Assembly: GCA_964247055.1 (NCBI GenBank) | Contig: OZ176052.1 | Location: 2,604,001-2,668,000, forward strand | Length of the DNA stretch: 64,000 nt | Direction of reading: 5' to 3' | From: Paragordius varius | Lineage: Eukaryota > Animalia > Nematomorpha | In this document: positions 24,942 through 37,352 of the stretch, piece after piece | Layout: each line of letters starts with the position of its first letter | Position numbering within the stretch: the first letter of the stretch is position 1 | Translations under genes and position numbers: made by a program | The notes under the pieces: model-generated | Told to the model about the DNA's origin: nothing | Seen by the model: only the letters and a program-made list of their open reading frames with translations | Database searches by the model: none

Positions 24942-27900
24942 ATGACCGCGGCCCTTGAAAAAGTTGAAAATTTGCCCTGGTATATTTTAGCTTCTAATAT
25001 TTTATAGGATCGAAAAATATCGCCCTAACGACATAAATGATGTCATTTCTCACAAAGAAATTATGGAAACAAGTTTGCTTAAAAATAATTTTAGTAACCC
25101 GGTATTTAAATGAAAACAAATTACCCCATCTGCTATTTTATGGCAGCCCAGGGACAGGCAAGACATCAACTATTTTGGCATGTGCGAAAATGCTGTATAA
25201 ACCCAACGAATATCCGAATATGGTTTTAGAGGTTTATTTTATTAAATATGTTATTAAAACTTTATATATTATATTTTTATTATTTATAACAATTAGCTTA
25301 ATGCCTCAGATGATCGCGGTATTGATATAGTTCGAGGACCGATATTAAATTTTGCCAGTACTCGATCCATTTTCAAGTTTTTTAACTTAATAATTTTTTT
25401 AATCAAAAAATATATTCAAATATTAGCTCGACGAAAAATATAAATACACTTTTGTGAATGCATTGTTAAAATATTTACATTTATCATGATACGTTTAACG
25501 AATATTAAAATCATAATTTGATATTCCAACCAAATATTAAGATAAATTTTACAAAAGTTGATAGGGTCATGTAAAATTATACTTATTATCTTTATTTGGC
25601 AAGAATTTGAAAAAAAATATTTCTTATGTCACAGATATAATGTGTACCTTTTCCGTCTAATAATTGTCTTTCTAGTCAATTAATACGTTTTCCCATTTTG
25701 ATTGGGAGGTTTTTTGATTGTAAATACGTTACTTATATATTAGAAGGTTATTTATCAAATTCATAATTATATATCGTTACTAGACAGTTTATAAGTCTAA
25801 TCAAACAATTTTTATTTGCAAATCTTACAGTCAAAAATTCAAGCTAGTTATTTTGGACGAAGCAGATGCCATGACAAAAGATGCACAAAATGCCCTCCGT
25901 CGCATAATTGAGAAATATACGGTGAACACACGATTTTGTTTGATTGGAAATCATTTATCAAACATAATACCCGCCCTACAATCTCGTTGTACGCGATTTA
26001 GATTTGGCCCGCTTGATGATGATTCTCTGATTGGTAAAGTTGGGGAGATTGCAAAATGCGAAAAGTATATTTGATTTAACGTCCAAAATTTGAAAATCTA
26101 ATATTTTTAGTTAGTTAGGGTTTTGTATAGATTTATAGAGTTAACTTATTTTAGAATGATAATGTTCATCCAGCAAATTAAGGCCTTAATGCTTAATATA
26201 TAAAGAAAATTTCTAGGATTTACGCATAATTTTCTTAATTGGAAATTACTTAAAAAATATAAAAAATAGGTCCCTAATACTTATTTTATTGAATAATACA
26301 ATTTTATGTAAATCCTTATTAAGGTGTAATTTAATTTTATTATGAAGCGTTGGTAAAACTGAATATATTTGTAACTTGAAAATTTTTTGTTTTTACACTA
26401 AACCTTTATTTTTCATAAAAGTTAATTTGAAATAAGTACTGATACTATTATAATATAGATTAATAAAAAATATTAATATTTATTAAGATTGAATTTAACT
26501 GATGATGGATTGAAAGCATTAGTCAAATTGGCTAATGGTGATATGAGAAAAGCATTAAACGTTCTCCAAGTAAATATATCAATTATTATACTAATTATAT
26601 ATCGATTTTTATTATTATTAATCCATGATATAAATTTTTCCCATTATTATACAATATTTTACAACTTTAATATATCATATATATAGAGCGCTTCATTAGC
26701 CCATGAAAATAGTGTGTTAGATGAAAATGTCATATATACAACTACTGGGAGACCCACACCAACTGATATAAAAAATATGATACACAGTCTTTGGAATGAT
26801 CAACTTGAAATAGCTTATCAAAGTGGGCATAATACTAAAACTTTGCATTAAACATAATTTGACTTTGGCGAATTAATTAATTGGTTTTGTATTCCCAAAA
26901 TTCTTAAATTAATCCGTTTTGGCCTAATTATTTATTTACTATATTGATTTTTTCAAAAAAAATAAAATATGGCTTTAGTGGCCAAAGTAACAATTTCTAT
27001 AAAACTAATGATTAAGATGGAATGGAATATAAATACCCTGAATTTTGCAAAAAAGGAACTTATTTAAAAACGCTCTAGTTATTAACTGGAAAGATAAACG
27101 GAGATAGCGCAATATATTTTCGACCGAATACTGAATATATACACTAAAGTGTATCATACTACGTAATTGGACAACAATTATTTCAAAGTTTTATCTATTT
27201 GAACCGTCTCCAGAATCCTTTATCTTATCGCTTTATTGGTTTGACTCTCTATTTTACACACTGTGCCACAAGATTACTGCTTTAAAACTTAATTTTTGTG
27301 AAAATATATGTAAACTATTTGGAATCGTAGATTTCAAATCTCATGAAAATATACAAAAACTATTATATTTTTAGTATTTCCTAGTATTTGGACAATCACC
27401 GCTAAGTACCCTCTCTAAATAAATCTTTCAATATTTTATCTATTTTTTTACCTTTTTGAAAATATTTATCGCGCAGAGGAGATGTTTAATCCTTAATTTA
27501 GAGAAATGAGCGAATAATGGCTTTCTGGCGAATATCTTTTTACAAAAAGATTACAGCTCAACTTAAAGTGGACCAAGAAATATAAAATTATAGTATAAAG
27601 GAATATAAAAAATTGATGGTTTATGTAAATTAATATATCTTTGTATCATAGCGGAATACATTCTTATTCTTCCTTAAATATATAAAAAATAAAAATCATT
27701 AATATTATATAATTAATATAAAATCTTAACCCAAACAATATTTTTTTATCTACAGACGTTTCCAATCTTAAAACGGACAAAGGTTTTTCTTTGCAAGATA
27801 TGGTGACACAATTATATGAATTCTTAGAAACAGGTTGAGTGCATAAAATTTTATTTTTAGTAAAATTTGCCAAAGTTGCGCTTATGATACTATAATATTT

Positions 27901-28194
27901 ATACTTTCCTAGTTAACCTTCCCGTGATGATTGTGCAAAGATTGACAGAAAAATTGGCTGAATTAGAGTATTTTTCATAATATTATCTTAATACCTAAAT
28001 TTTTAAAAAATTTAAGGTTAAACAATAATATGCGGTTTTTTGCTATTTGTAATTATATTCTAAAAATAAATAATTAAATTACGTATATATTTTTTAGGTA
28101 CCGTTTATCCTATGGAACAGTGGAACGGATTCAATTAGCAAGCTTAATTGCCATTTTCCAATCTGTTCGTGATGCTATTGTAGAACACAATTAA
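24942..28194 (+). CDS. RFC5: Replication factor C subunit 5 (yeast Rfc3 ortholog), 333 aa, 10 exons
   Basis: Exons 24942-24979, 25008-25072, 25095-25231, 25297-25376, 25831-26064, 26488-26569, 26687-26822, 27756-27833, 27913-27967 and 28098-28194 total 1002 nt in frame. Motifs [37 protein letters not shown] and GDMRKALN. Confidence 0.95.
24980..25007 (+). other. 28-nt intron (RFC5 intron 1)
   Basis: GTATATTTTAGCTTCTAATATTTTATAG. Removal restores the conserved LPW-IEKYRP. Confidence 0.9.
25073..25094 (+). other. 22-nt intron (RFC5 intron 2)
   Basis: GTTTGCTTAAAAATAATTTTAG. Removal restores the frame and gives [19 protein letters not shown]. Confidence 0.9.
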
Positions 28195-28480
28195 GGAAAA
28201 AATTTATAGATAATAATAAATGATTTTTTTGTCATTTTTCATATTGTTACAATAAATATTTCATATTGTTAAATTTAACAAAAGAGGATATGTTTTGCAC
28301 ATTTTGGCGTTTTTAGGTAAAATCAAGTCTATATGATATTTTATAAGACGTTTAATAATACATCCTATGTATAGATATATTGTGCATGTTAAGAATTTTT
28401 ATTCATTGAATGTTGACTTAAATTACAAAATTAGTTTGCATTTTATCCATTTTTTATAATACCCCTCACCAATTTTATTT

Positions 28481-30953
28481 ATGGAATGGTTGATAAATGA
28501 AACGTCCCGTGATAATGTTACAGATGAATTTGACGATGATCGATTTGTGTTTGGGGTCATACTTTGTATTACAGCGACACTTGGATGCTTGGGAAATGTT
28601 TTATTAATATATCTCATACTTCGATCGAAATTATTGCGTCGAACATCACCGTACATTATAACATTGAGTCTAACATTTTGTGATTTTTGGGGAGGCCTAT
28701 TTTACGTCTTAAATTACATGTTAGCGGTTAAGAGACCTGACATTATATCCATAGAAAGTGTTTGTTATACCTTTGGTTGGGCCAATGAAATATTATTCAT
28801 GGTCCACAGTATACATATGTTATTTCTTGCCTTGAATCGATATATCATTGTGTGTTATCCATTTGCTAATACAAAGAAAATTTTATCGCCTCTTTTTACC
28901 TGGTGTATCATTGTATTCATTTGGCTGCTGTCCGTTGGAATTCGAGCTTTACATATTCACATTGGGAGTGTAGCGTTCGTTGAACTGTTTTATGCCTGTT
29001 ATGCGAAATACCATGGATTTAAACCCCCCATTTTTATGGCCCATATTGTATGGCAATGGGCTAACATATTGACTACATTCATCCTGTATGCCCTTATAAA
29101 ACGTTTCCTAACGAGACATCGCAATAAAGTAATGGCTCACACTACAAGCGCCATAACCAAAATCTCGGATACTACAAAAATAAGCGGTGCTCATCAGTCC
29201 CAAACCGATAATAATAATAATACAGGTTTCTATGTAACATTCATTTAAAATTAGTTATTGTAATAGTGTAAATTTATAAAGCTTGTTTTCTCCCTATACT
29301 GATGGCGCTGACAACTCTAAATTTAATCTTAAAAAAAATTTTAAGAAACATTTATTTTTACATTTAAATTTTGAATTTAATTATTGCCAAATATTCTTAA
29401 AATTAGAAGAATATTTAAGTGCCATCGAACTTTCAAGAGGTGTTTTTGCCACATTCAGCAAGATGTAATGTACCATAAAATACCCCTTCACAATGTTCAT
29501 AAAATGCAATTCTAATTAAAACACTAGTTATATGCCTTAGTATGCAAATAATTTGAAAATTATTTATTTTGCTTTATATCAAATTTTGGGGTACACTTTG
29601 TGCATTTTACTAGATTCTATAAGGATTAAATCATATGCTTAATCCGGAAAAAAGAATTAAGAGCCATACTTTAAAAAATAATAAATAAAACAAACGGCTG
29701 ATTATCAGTTTTGTAATTTTAAGACAAAATGATTTAATTCACATAATTATATTTGTTGCGTTAAAATTTTATAGGTGCTATAATTTTTAGTTTAATTCAA
29801 AAAGCGTATTTTGGCTGCTAAATTTTGATATGTTAAAATTAACAAATTTTTAGATCTAATTCAAACTATGTTAAAATTTGCTTAAAAATCGAAAATAGCT
29901 TCTCAAATTTTTAGCAGTATAAGCACACGTAGGGGTATACCTAAACATTGAATATAATTTAGTAGCAAAAATATAAACATCGTTAAGTATTTATTAATTT
30001 ATGCATCAAACACTAATTTATTTTAACATCAATTAAGTTTTCACAAAATATTTTTTAGTATGAGACAAAATTATACACCAGCATTTAATGTTAGTTTTAA
30101 CATTTGATCTTATTAAATATAACTAACAATTTTTATTAAAAAAACTTAAAAACGCTTTTTATGATAAAGTAAAATGATCTGCATCATGCGTGTTTCATAT
30201 CCGTTATAGTTAATGTTTTTAAAGTTAAAGTGAGTTTCTGATAAAAATCAGCTGTTTGGCGTATTGTTTAATTTCTTTATATGGCGCTTCGATTCCCTAT
30301 TTTTTTAAATTAGTCTCCCATATGCGCAAACGCGTCGAAATTTTTTGAAATATATATAAATCATATTTCAAATAGGTTTTGGACGTTGAGACTAAATTTA
30401 ATATAAGGTCGATGATAGGCTTTGGGGTTAAAATATCAAAATTTTAAAAAACCTAAATATTGCTAAAATTTTTACAATTTTTGAATTTATATATGATACT
30501 AAAAAACGAGAATTGAAGAAACTTTAAAACAAATAAAGACAGTAAATATCACGGAACAATTTTACTAATTTATCATAAGAATCTGCACTTATCAGAAAAT
30601 ATACATTTAATCATTTAATAAATGTTTTATCTGGCAAAAGTAGAATTTTTAAAAAACAATTCATTAAGCTTTTAAAAATTTAGGCGCTTGTTTATTTACG
30701 AGACATCCGTTTTATCGTTATTTATTAATAAAATCTTATTTAGCGAAACCAAAAGAAGTAACATTAACAGTTTTTTAAGAGACACATTTTAACTAATAAT
30801 GTAAAGCTATATACATTGAAAGTTATTTTATTTTCGGCCTTTTTGGATAATTTTGTATTGCGCTTAACTCCCTCTCCCAAATTTTTAAAAGCCTATCATC
30901 GACTCATAAATCGCAAAAAAGGACTCCCCGATTATTATTTTTTATGTTAATGC

Positions 30954-30985
<32 letters not shown>

Positions 30986-31314
30986 GTAAAGAATTGCCTT
31001 CAACTGCTTCTCAAGGATTAGCCAGATCCTTGCGAACCCGAAAAAAACGAGAATGGAACATGATTAAATATGCATTGACTCTTTTTTTCAGTTACATAGT
31101 TATGACACTTTGTTTTACCATATTCACAATCAAACCTTTATACCATAATGCAGGATCTCTAGCAGCATCATTCATATTCTCCTATTTCTTCCTACTTATG
31201 TATGCTTCCAATGCGTTTGTATCCTTCATTTTTGTCCACGCGCTCCAAGACAGATTAAAATTATTTTGGAAACGATTGCGAAAATTCATTAAAAATGCCT
31301 TAAAATATATCTAA
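28481..31314 (+). CDS. Divergent rhodopsin-like 7TM receptor, 357 aa, 2 exons
   Basis: Exons 28481-29225 and 30986-31314 are in frame. Seven hydrophobic segments, TM1 GN, TM2 D, Cys before TM3 and LALNRY in place of DRY. Confidence 0.85.
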
Positions 31315-31549
31315 TAAATTGTTTTATCGTATGTTTTAGTGGCTTAATGTACAAAATGTTAAGTAAGTGTTGAGTATTCATCGAAAATAAATTTGAGTTT
31401 TTAGAAAGCCAAAATAAAGAATAAATTTTAGGGATAATCGACGATCATTCATATTAATGAATTATCTTTTATGACTATAGATTTGACTATGTTTTAATAG
31501 GAAAGCAACCGCCCTTAGGCGAACACATGTTTTTTAAAAAATAAAAATC

Positions 31550-31910
31550 CTAATCTATTTTCGCCGCCATTTTTTAATTTTAATCTCTAATACAATAGGC
31601 AAATAAATGTATTTTATGGTAAAATGTAAATAATTAACTTCAGTAGGCTTTAGGTTGGACCAGCAAAAACTCGTTATTTATTGTAAATCAGCTGTTTAGT
31701 TCATGTTTTGGAGCTATCCCAATTTAAGACTCTAGATGTTACAAAACTGCAAAAATATGAGCTTTTTTATCTAATACAGGAGAACTATGTTTAATAATTA
31801 AATTTGGACTAAAATAAATAACTTTTAAAATAGTAGTTCATCAATGAGATCTGGGTATAAAACTACCCCATAATCCATCACGGACAAAAAAGTGAAAAGG
31901 TGCTGAAGTG
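31550..31910 (+). mobile_element. 5'-truncated piggyBac-like element, subfamily related to B
   Basis: Direct repeat of about 33060-33417. Ends GAAGTG|TTAA. Confidence 0.65.
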
Positions 31911-32549
31911 TTAAATTGATTCCATAATCTTGATCTATAATTTATTCAAATATATTTGATTGTGTTATTAAAATGAACCAAGTTAACAATTATCCTAATA
32001 ATTAGATTATATTCGCTAAAGGTAATTATCACCTTTTCATAATATGTCTCATGTGATAATAGCAATTATAGTATAAACAAGTTTCATTACCAAGATAAAA
32101 TTTTCTAACAAATTGTTTTCCAGATGCCTTGCAACAAAAAATAATTGTAAATATCGAGGTCATTTGTGCTTTTATATTAGATTAAGTTGGAAACATGTCC
32201 ACTACAAAAATATCAGCATGACATATATATTCTGATATATGTAAATAATTCTCGCTGTGCTTTTATAATTTGGGCCCTACTAATGATTACAAGAAAAATT
32301 ATACTTTTGTAGTAATTTCATATCGAAATAATAAAATTGCGCGCATTAAGCAAATAAACTTTTACTAAAAATATTTTATTAATATCATATACTATATTTA
32401 AAGACAAAACAATATTTTCATAAATTTTTTATTTTTAAATGTGAGATCCAAAATCTCATGGCCACATTATGGGCTAGTTTTAAAATACATTCAAAAACAG
32501 ATACATGTGGTATATGAAAAAATTATTCTTAAAAAATCATACTATATTA

Positions 32550-32918
32550 TATAAATTGTGAAACGTACTTCATGCTATTTTAAGGCAGGTAAACGGTAAA
32601 AGGTTTAAGATATAAAAAACGCTAAATTCGAGGATGCTGAACATTTTTATCACATCATTTTAATTTAAAGGTCCGTTGAATTGACTTTGGATAAACTTTT
32701 GGAAAAAAGCCAATTAATATTTAACTTAAATTTGAAGGCGAACGAATATTTAATCAAAGTCTGTGATAAGAGAAATGTTCAGCAACATTGAATATATAGA
32801 AAAAGTGTTTTTCTAATATCCTATGCGTTTTTATACCGTTTCCAGCATGCTTTAATTATAGCTTGAAATATGCTACATTAAAATTTACAAGTCAATATTT
32901 TGAAGTTTGTATGCATTT
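32550..32918 (+). repeat. Central palindromic part of a family A foldback element
   Basis: GATGCTGAACATTTTTATCAC...GAAATGTTCAGCA and ATGCGTTTTTATACCGTTTCCA, shared with 58260-58460. Boundaries are approximate. Confidence 0.65.
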
Positions 32919-32922
32919 TTAA

Positions 32923-33417
32923 CACTCCTTTGGGGTAGTTTTATCCAGAGCGATTTAAAATTTGAGTTTGAAAAAATATTTAAGGTATTAAGCCGAATTC
33001 GAAAAATTGCTTTCTTTACCCTTTAAGGCGCATTATACAATTAAAAATCTTCATTACAAACTTTTTTGCCGCCGTTTTATAATTTTTTTTGAATAACTAA
33101 TGCAACAGGCAAATTATAAATGGTTAGAAAATGTTAACTAACTTAATCTTTTACGCTACATTTTACCAGCAAAAACTTGATATATTTTGATTTTAATATC
33201 AGCTGCTCATTTCTTTCGTGTTTTCGAGCTGTCCCAATTTCACACTTTAGAATTCACAAAACTGTAAAAAAAATAAGTTTTTTTATCTAATACATCAAGG
33301 TTAAATAATTAAATTTGACTAAAATAACATTCAAACAGTAGTTTAATTATAATGAGCTTTGGGATATAAACCTACCTCAATAAGTAAACTAGGACAAAAA
33401 AGTGAAAGGGTCAAGTG
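32923..33417 (+). mobile_element. piggyBac-like non-autonomous element, 495 bp
   Basis: TTAA|CACTCC...CAAGTG|TTAA termini and subterminal inverted repeat TGGGGTAGTTTTATCCAGAGC / GCTTTGGGATATAAACCTACCTCA. Confidence 0.75.
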
Positions 33418-34160
33418 TTAAAAATATGATTATAGCATATATTAAATTTTTTCATCTCAAAATCTCGACATTCTATTAGTTTAAGAAAACTATCCCATTA
33501 TAGTGAGGCAAAAAATTTAGAACTTTTGGAACCACCATCTATAATTGTAATTTCAAAATAATATTGTTTGATCTTTATATCGTATATTTTAATGATATTT
33601 ATAAAGCATTAGCTTTTGCCTAAAATATTAAATGTAATTTTGGATTTTTTGAGCAGTGTATAGATTCTACTTGTCGTCTGAAATTTTAATATAATATTTG
33701 ATAATTTTTTAAGAATAAAATGGGTTTCAACAGATTTTGTGTGTTTAAACTAACGTTTTAACAATATAAATTAAGATACAAAAGCTATGTAATTAATTAA
33801 AATTACCTATAATATATAAAATGCGAACCCGATTTTTATTGCGTTTAAATAGGGCTACACGGTTTGCAGAATTTCACTTTACAGTCTAGTTTTATATGGA
33901 TAAAATTGCTTCGGTATTTATTTAAATTTTTTATTCAGTTCAGCTATGATGGTCGCATTTTTAAATGAATAAAAATATATTATTATTAATGGGGTAATTA
34001 GTTTCTCAAAATTGCTTATAAGCCATCAATTTTCATATAAATATGCAGACCTTTATTAAAATAAAAAAGTAAAATACCCTAGCCAAACTCGTATAAATAT
34101 CCTTTTTAGTGAGTAATCGTAATCAGGCATCACAGTAAATCAGTGTCATAAAATTTAGCG

Positions 34161-34200
<40 letters not shown>

Positions 34201-35774
34201 TTTGAAATAGGTTTCAGTGCCTTTAGTTTTGATCCTAGCAAGAAGAAAGTTACAAAACTTTGTTACGTCTTTAAAATTATCGCAATTTTGCTCACAATAT
34301 TTTTTATAAATATAATATTATATTTGAAGAGCAAACGTTTAAATTTTATTTATGCATACGTCGAAAGTCGCGCACTTTTAAAACCCATCAAAGGTTACCG
34401 TCCTAAAAATTTCAACGCCCAAATATTTTAATATATGCTAGGCTAGATGTTATATTACATTATTTTGAAAATACAATACTATATGAATTTCAACAAACTT
34501 ATTTTATGGTGTGGAGGAAATGACGTTATATTAAAGGCACGTATCCTACATGATTTAATTCCGCTGATCATTTGATGACCGCAAATTTAATTACGTTGCT
34601 TTCCAAGATGTAGTAGAAGTGTAATATTTTCTAACTTTCCATTCAGCAATTTTTCATAATTTGATTAAGGGAAATGTGCTTTTTGTCCATGCGCAATAAT
34701 CTAGCATATATTTGATTATTATCCCGCAATCTCGTTTTTATGCGTGTATTTCAAAAACACTAGCCATGAGTTTTAAGCTCTTATAAAAAGTATCAATATG
34801 AAGACATTGTTTGGATTGGTACGATAATTAAAACCCAACAGTTTGGTTTCTTTATAAAATTGGTATAATTTTCTTTGTTCATTGGTAATCCCAGAAACAT
34901 AAGCACCAAAATCTGCATTTCTTCAAATATTAATATATTAGTCAGGATTCCACTGTATGCATAGAGATATCTTTATACCATTTATTTATATTGTTAATAA
35001 GGTGGCTTATTTTCTTTGTTTAATAGCATGAAGGAACACTTATCAAGCTCAACATTACAATTAAAATCTTGATGAACAATAGTGATGTAGCCACACGAGC
35101 TGTTTTTTGGAGTACTATACTGCTTTTTAAAAAAGCTGCGTTTGTACTTAGAAATTCTACTGCTTTTATCTTAAAAGAATTTCAATTTTTTTTATATACT
35201 AATTATGCTCTTTGTGTCAAAAATAAATGGGGAATTTGTAGAAATACACTCTTTATCAAATTCTGAAAATAATTTACTGCAATTTATACTAAAAGCCACA
35301 ATCAATCTCGGGATTTTTCTATTTTCAACTGTGTAAAGCTAGTAATTTTTACAGTAAACTAACTGTAAAATCTTTTATATGGCTATATAAAATTTTGCAT
35401 ATTTTATTGTGAAAACATATGTTTATTTATTTTACATATTTTTGATTGGTTATGCAAAAATAAAGGTTTATTTTTTGCTTTTAATAATCTTGTTTAAACC
35501 AGTGATTCCTATCTGAGTTTTGAATAATTAATATATATATATATATATTGAAGTGTAAAATTATAATTATTAACAAAGTATAAGCCTTGGTGACTAATCA
35601 CAATTATTATAATAAAATTCACTTTTTACCTATATTTTAAGGACCTAAAATCCATCTATCGTCAATTTCATGAATAGTCTTTTACTACACATGTGTTTGT
35701 TATGGATTAATACAGCCAACTAATTTGGTTTATATATAATTTAATAAATTACATAATCTCCTACAAAGATTTGT

Positions 35775-36030
35775 AAACAATTCAAAGATTTTAAAAGGCA
35801 CACTTTTTTAGTGTTAATATAGCCGTTTCTGATTTTGTTTTATGTGTGACGATATTGTGAGAATTTTCCGCATAAATGTTTTTATTTTTCTGCCAACCAT
35901 TATTAGTTGATCATGATGATTCTAAAAAATCATTTGTATGTGCAGTCTTATGCACCGCGGAAATGTTTATTTTTTATGGTGTTATATCATTCGTTTACAT
36001 TATTGGATCCAAAAGTACATATTGTAAAAG
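35775..36030 (+). pseudogene. Possible decayed GPCR fragment (TM2-TM3)
   Basis: Frameshifted peptides NNSKILKGT, NIAVSDFVLC, VCAVLCTAEMF and FMVLYHSFTLL resemble the flanking receptors (NSPSLRK, LAVCD, ICTVLTWFNEVYFMSHS). Stops are present. Confidence 0.3.
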
Positions 36031-37352
36031 CATCAACAGGTCATAAAAAGGATTTGTTGATTAAGAATCAATACCTTTTAAAAGCCAATTAATGATTAAG
36101 TGGAAAGTCTAACATGGCTTCCTTAAATTTACGATGCAATTATATAGTTTATGATCATCTAAAACGATAAATTACAAAGAAACTTGCCAGAGTTCTAATC
36201 TCACTTAAATTGGTAAATATAAGACATATAAAAATTGTGCTCTCTATGATTGTTGTTTTTAGACATTATTATGTTGGCAAATCCTACCAAACATATTTAA
36301 TTTATTTCATTTTACCGCTTATGTGTGCCATTTTATGATATGTCGAATTTTCATTAGATTTACACGTATAAAATTGTATTAATATAGATAAATTTGATTT
36401 AATCTAACATATTACTCTTTCATGTATTAAATATAAATATTAATGAATCTTCTAATGCGTTGTTCTTAACAATTGGAAGCATTTGCAAAAAGATGCAACA
36501 AAATGGCGTCGAAGTAGATGAATAAATTTTATTTTAATGACTTTTTTATATATAATATATATTAAGATATAAGCATACATTTAAATTGGAATTGTTCTTT
36601 AATTTTTTAAAACCATAAATATAGTCTTGAATCGAAATGTTTAATTAGTTTTTAATTAAAAATAACAAGAAAACACTGTATTTATTTTAAATCAAATCAA
36701 CGAAAAACTCTTCCAGAAACATTTTATATAATCTGATAAAATCTGCATGTCATTCACTCAATATAATCAGCTTTTTAACCTAGCCCAATAAACCGATTTC
36801 TATCGCGGAAAGCTGAAATCGACAGCGATTTTAAATTCTAATATTGTTTTAAATCTGTTTTAGATATATAGTGCTAGTACTGTTTAAAAATATTCAACTA
36901 TGAAGATACCATCTCAATAAATCTAAAGTTTACTAATATTTATTGACGTTTTTCACAAATTTACAAGTGAGCTTGTACATGAGTATCAGATACACAGAAA
37001 TGAAAATATAATACGGACAAAACATCAAAACATAAAAACAATCTTATCCAAAGACTGCTCTATTTTTTTACCTGATTGTTTTTAATATAACTCATTAAAT
37101 TGGAAATGAGATGTTCGGTACCACAAAGGAATTATTATTTAATTACATTTTTAATTAAATAATTATATGGAAAAAACAAGTAGAAAACCATGGTTGTCTT
37201 TTAAAAAATATTTCTCTTTTTGTTTTTACGCTTTGTCCGTAAAATTTCAATATTACTTTATTAATGATTTAAAAAGCAACTCATTAATAGGGCAGAGACT
37301 CTGTAAATGTAATCAAATATTTTTATATAATGTCATTATAAAAAAAATTATG

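Noticed and set aside
25037-25094. ORF-track start [20 protein letters not shown] for RFC5
   Set aside because: Artefact of reading across the 22-nt intron. The spliced form restores the conserved N-terminus.
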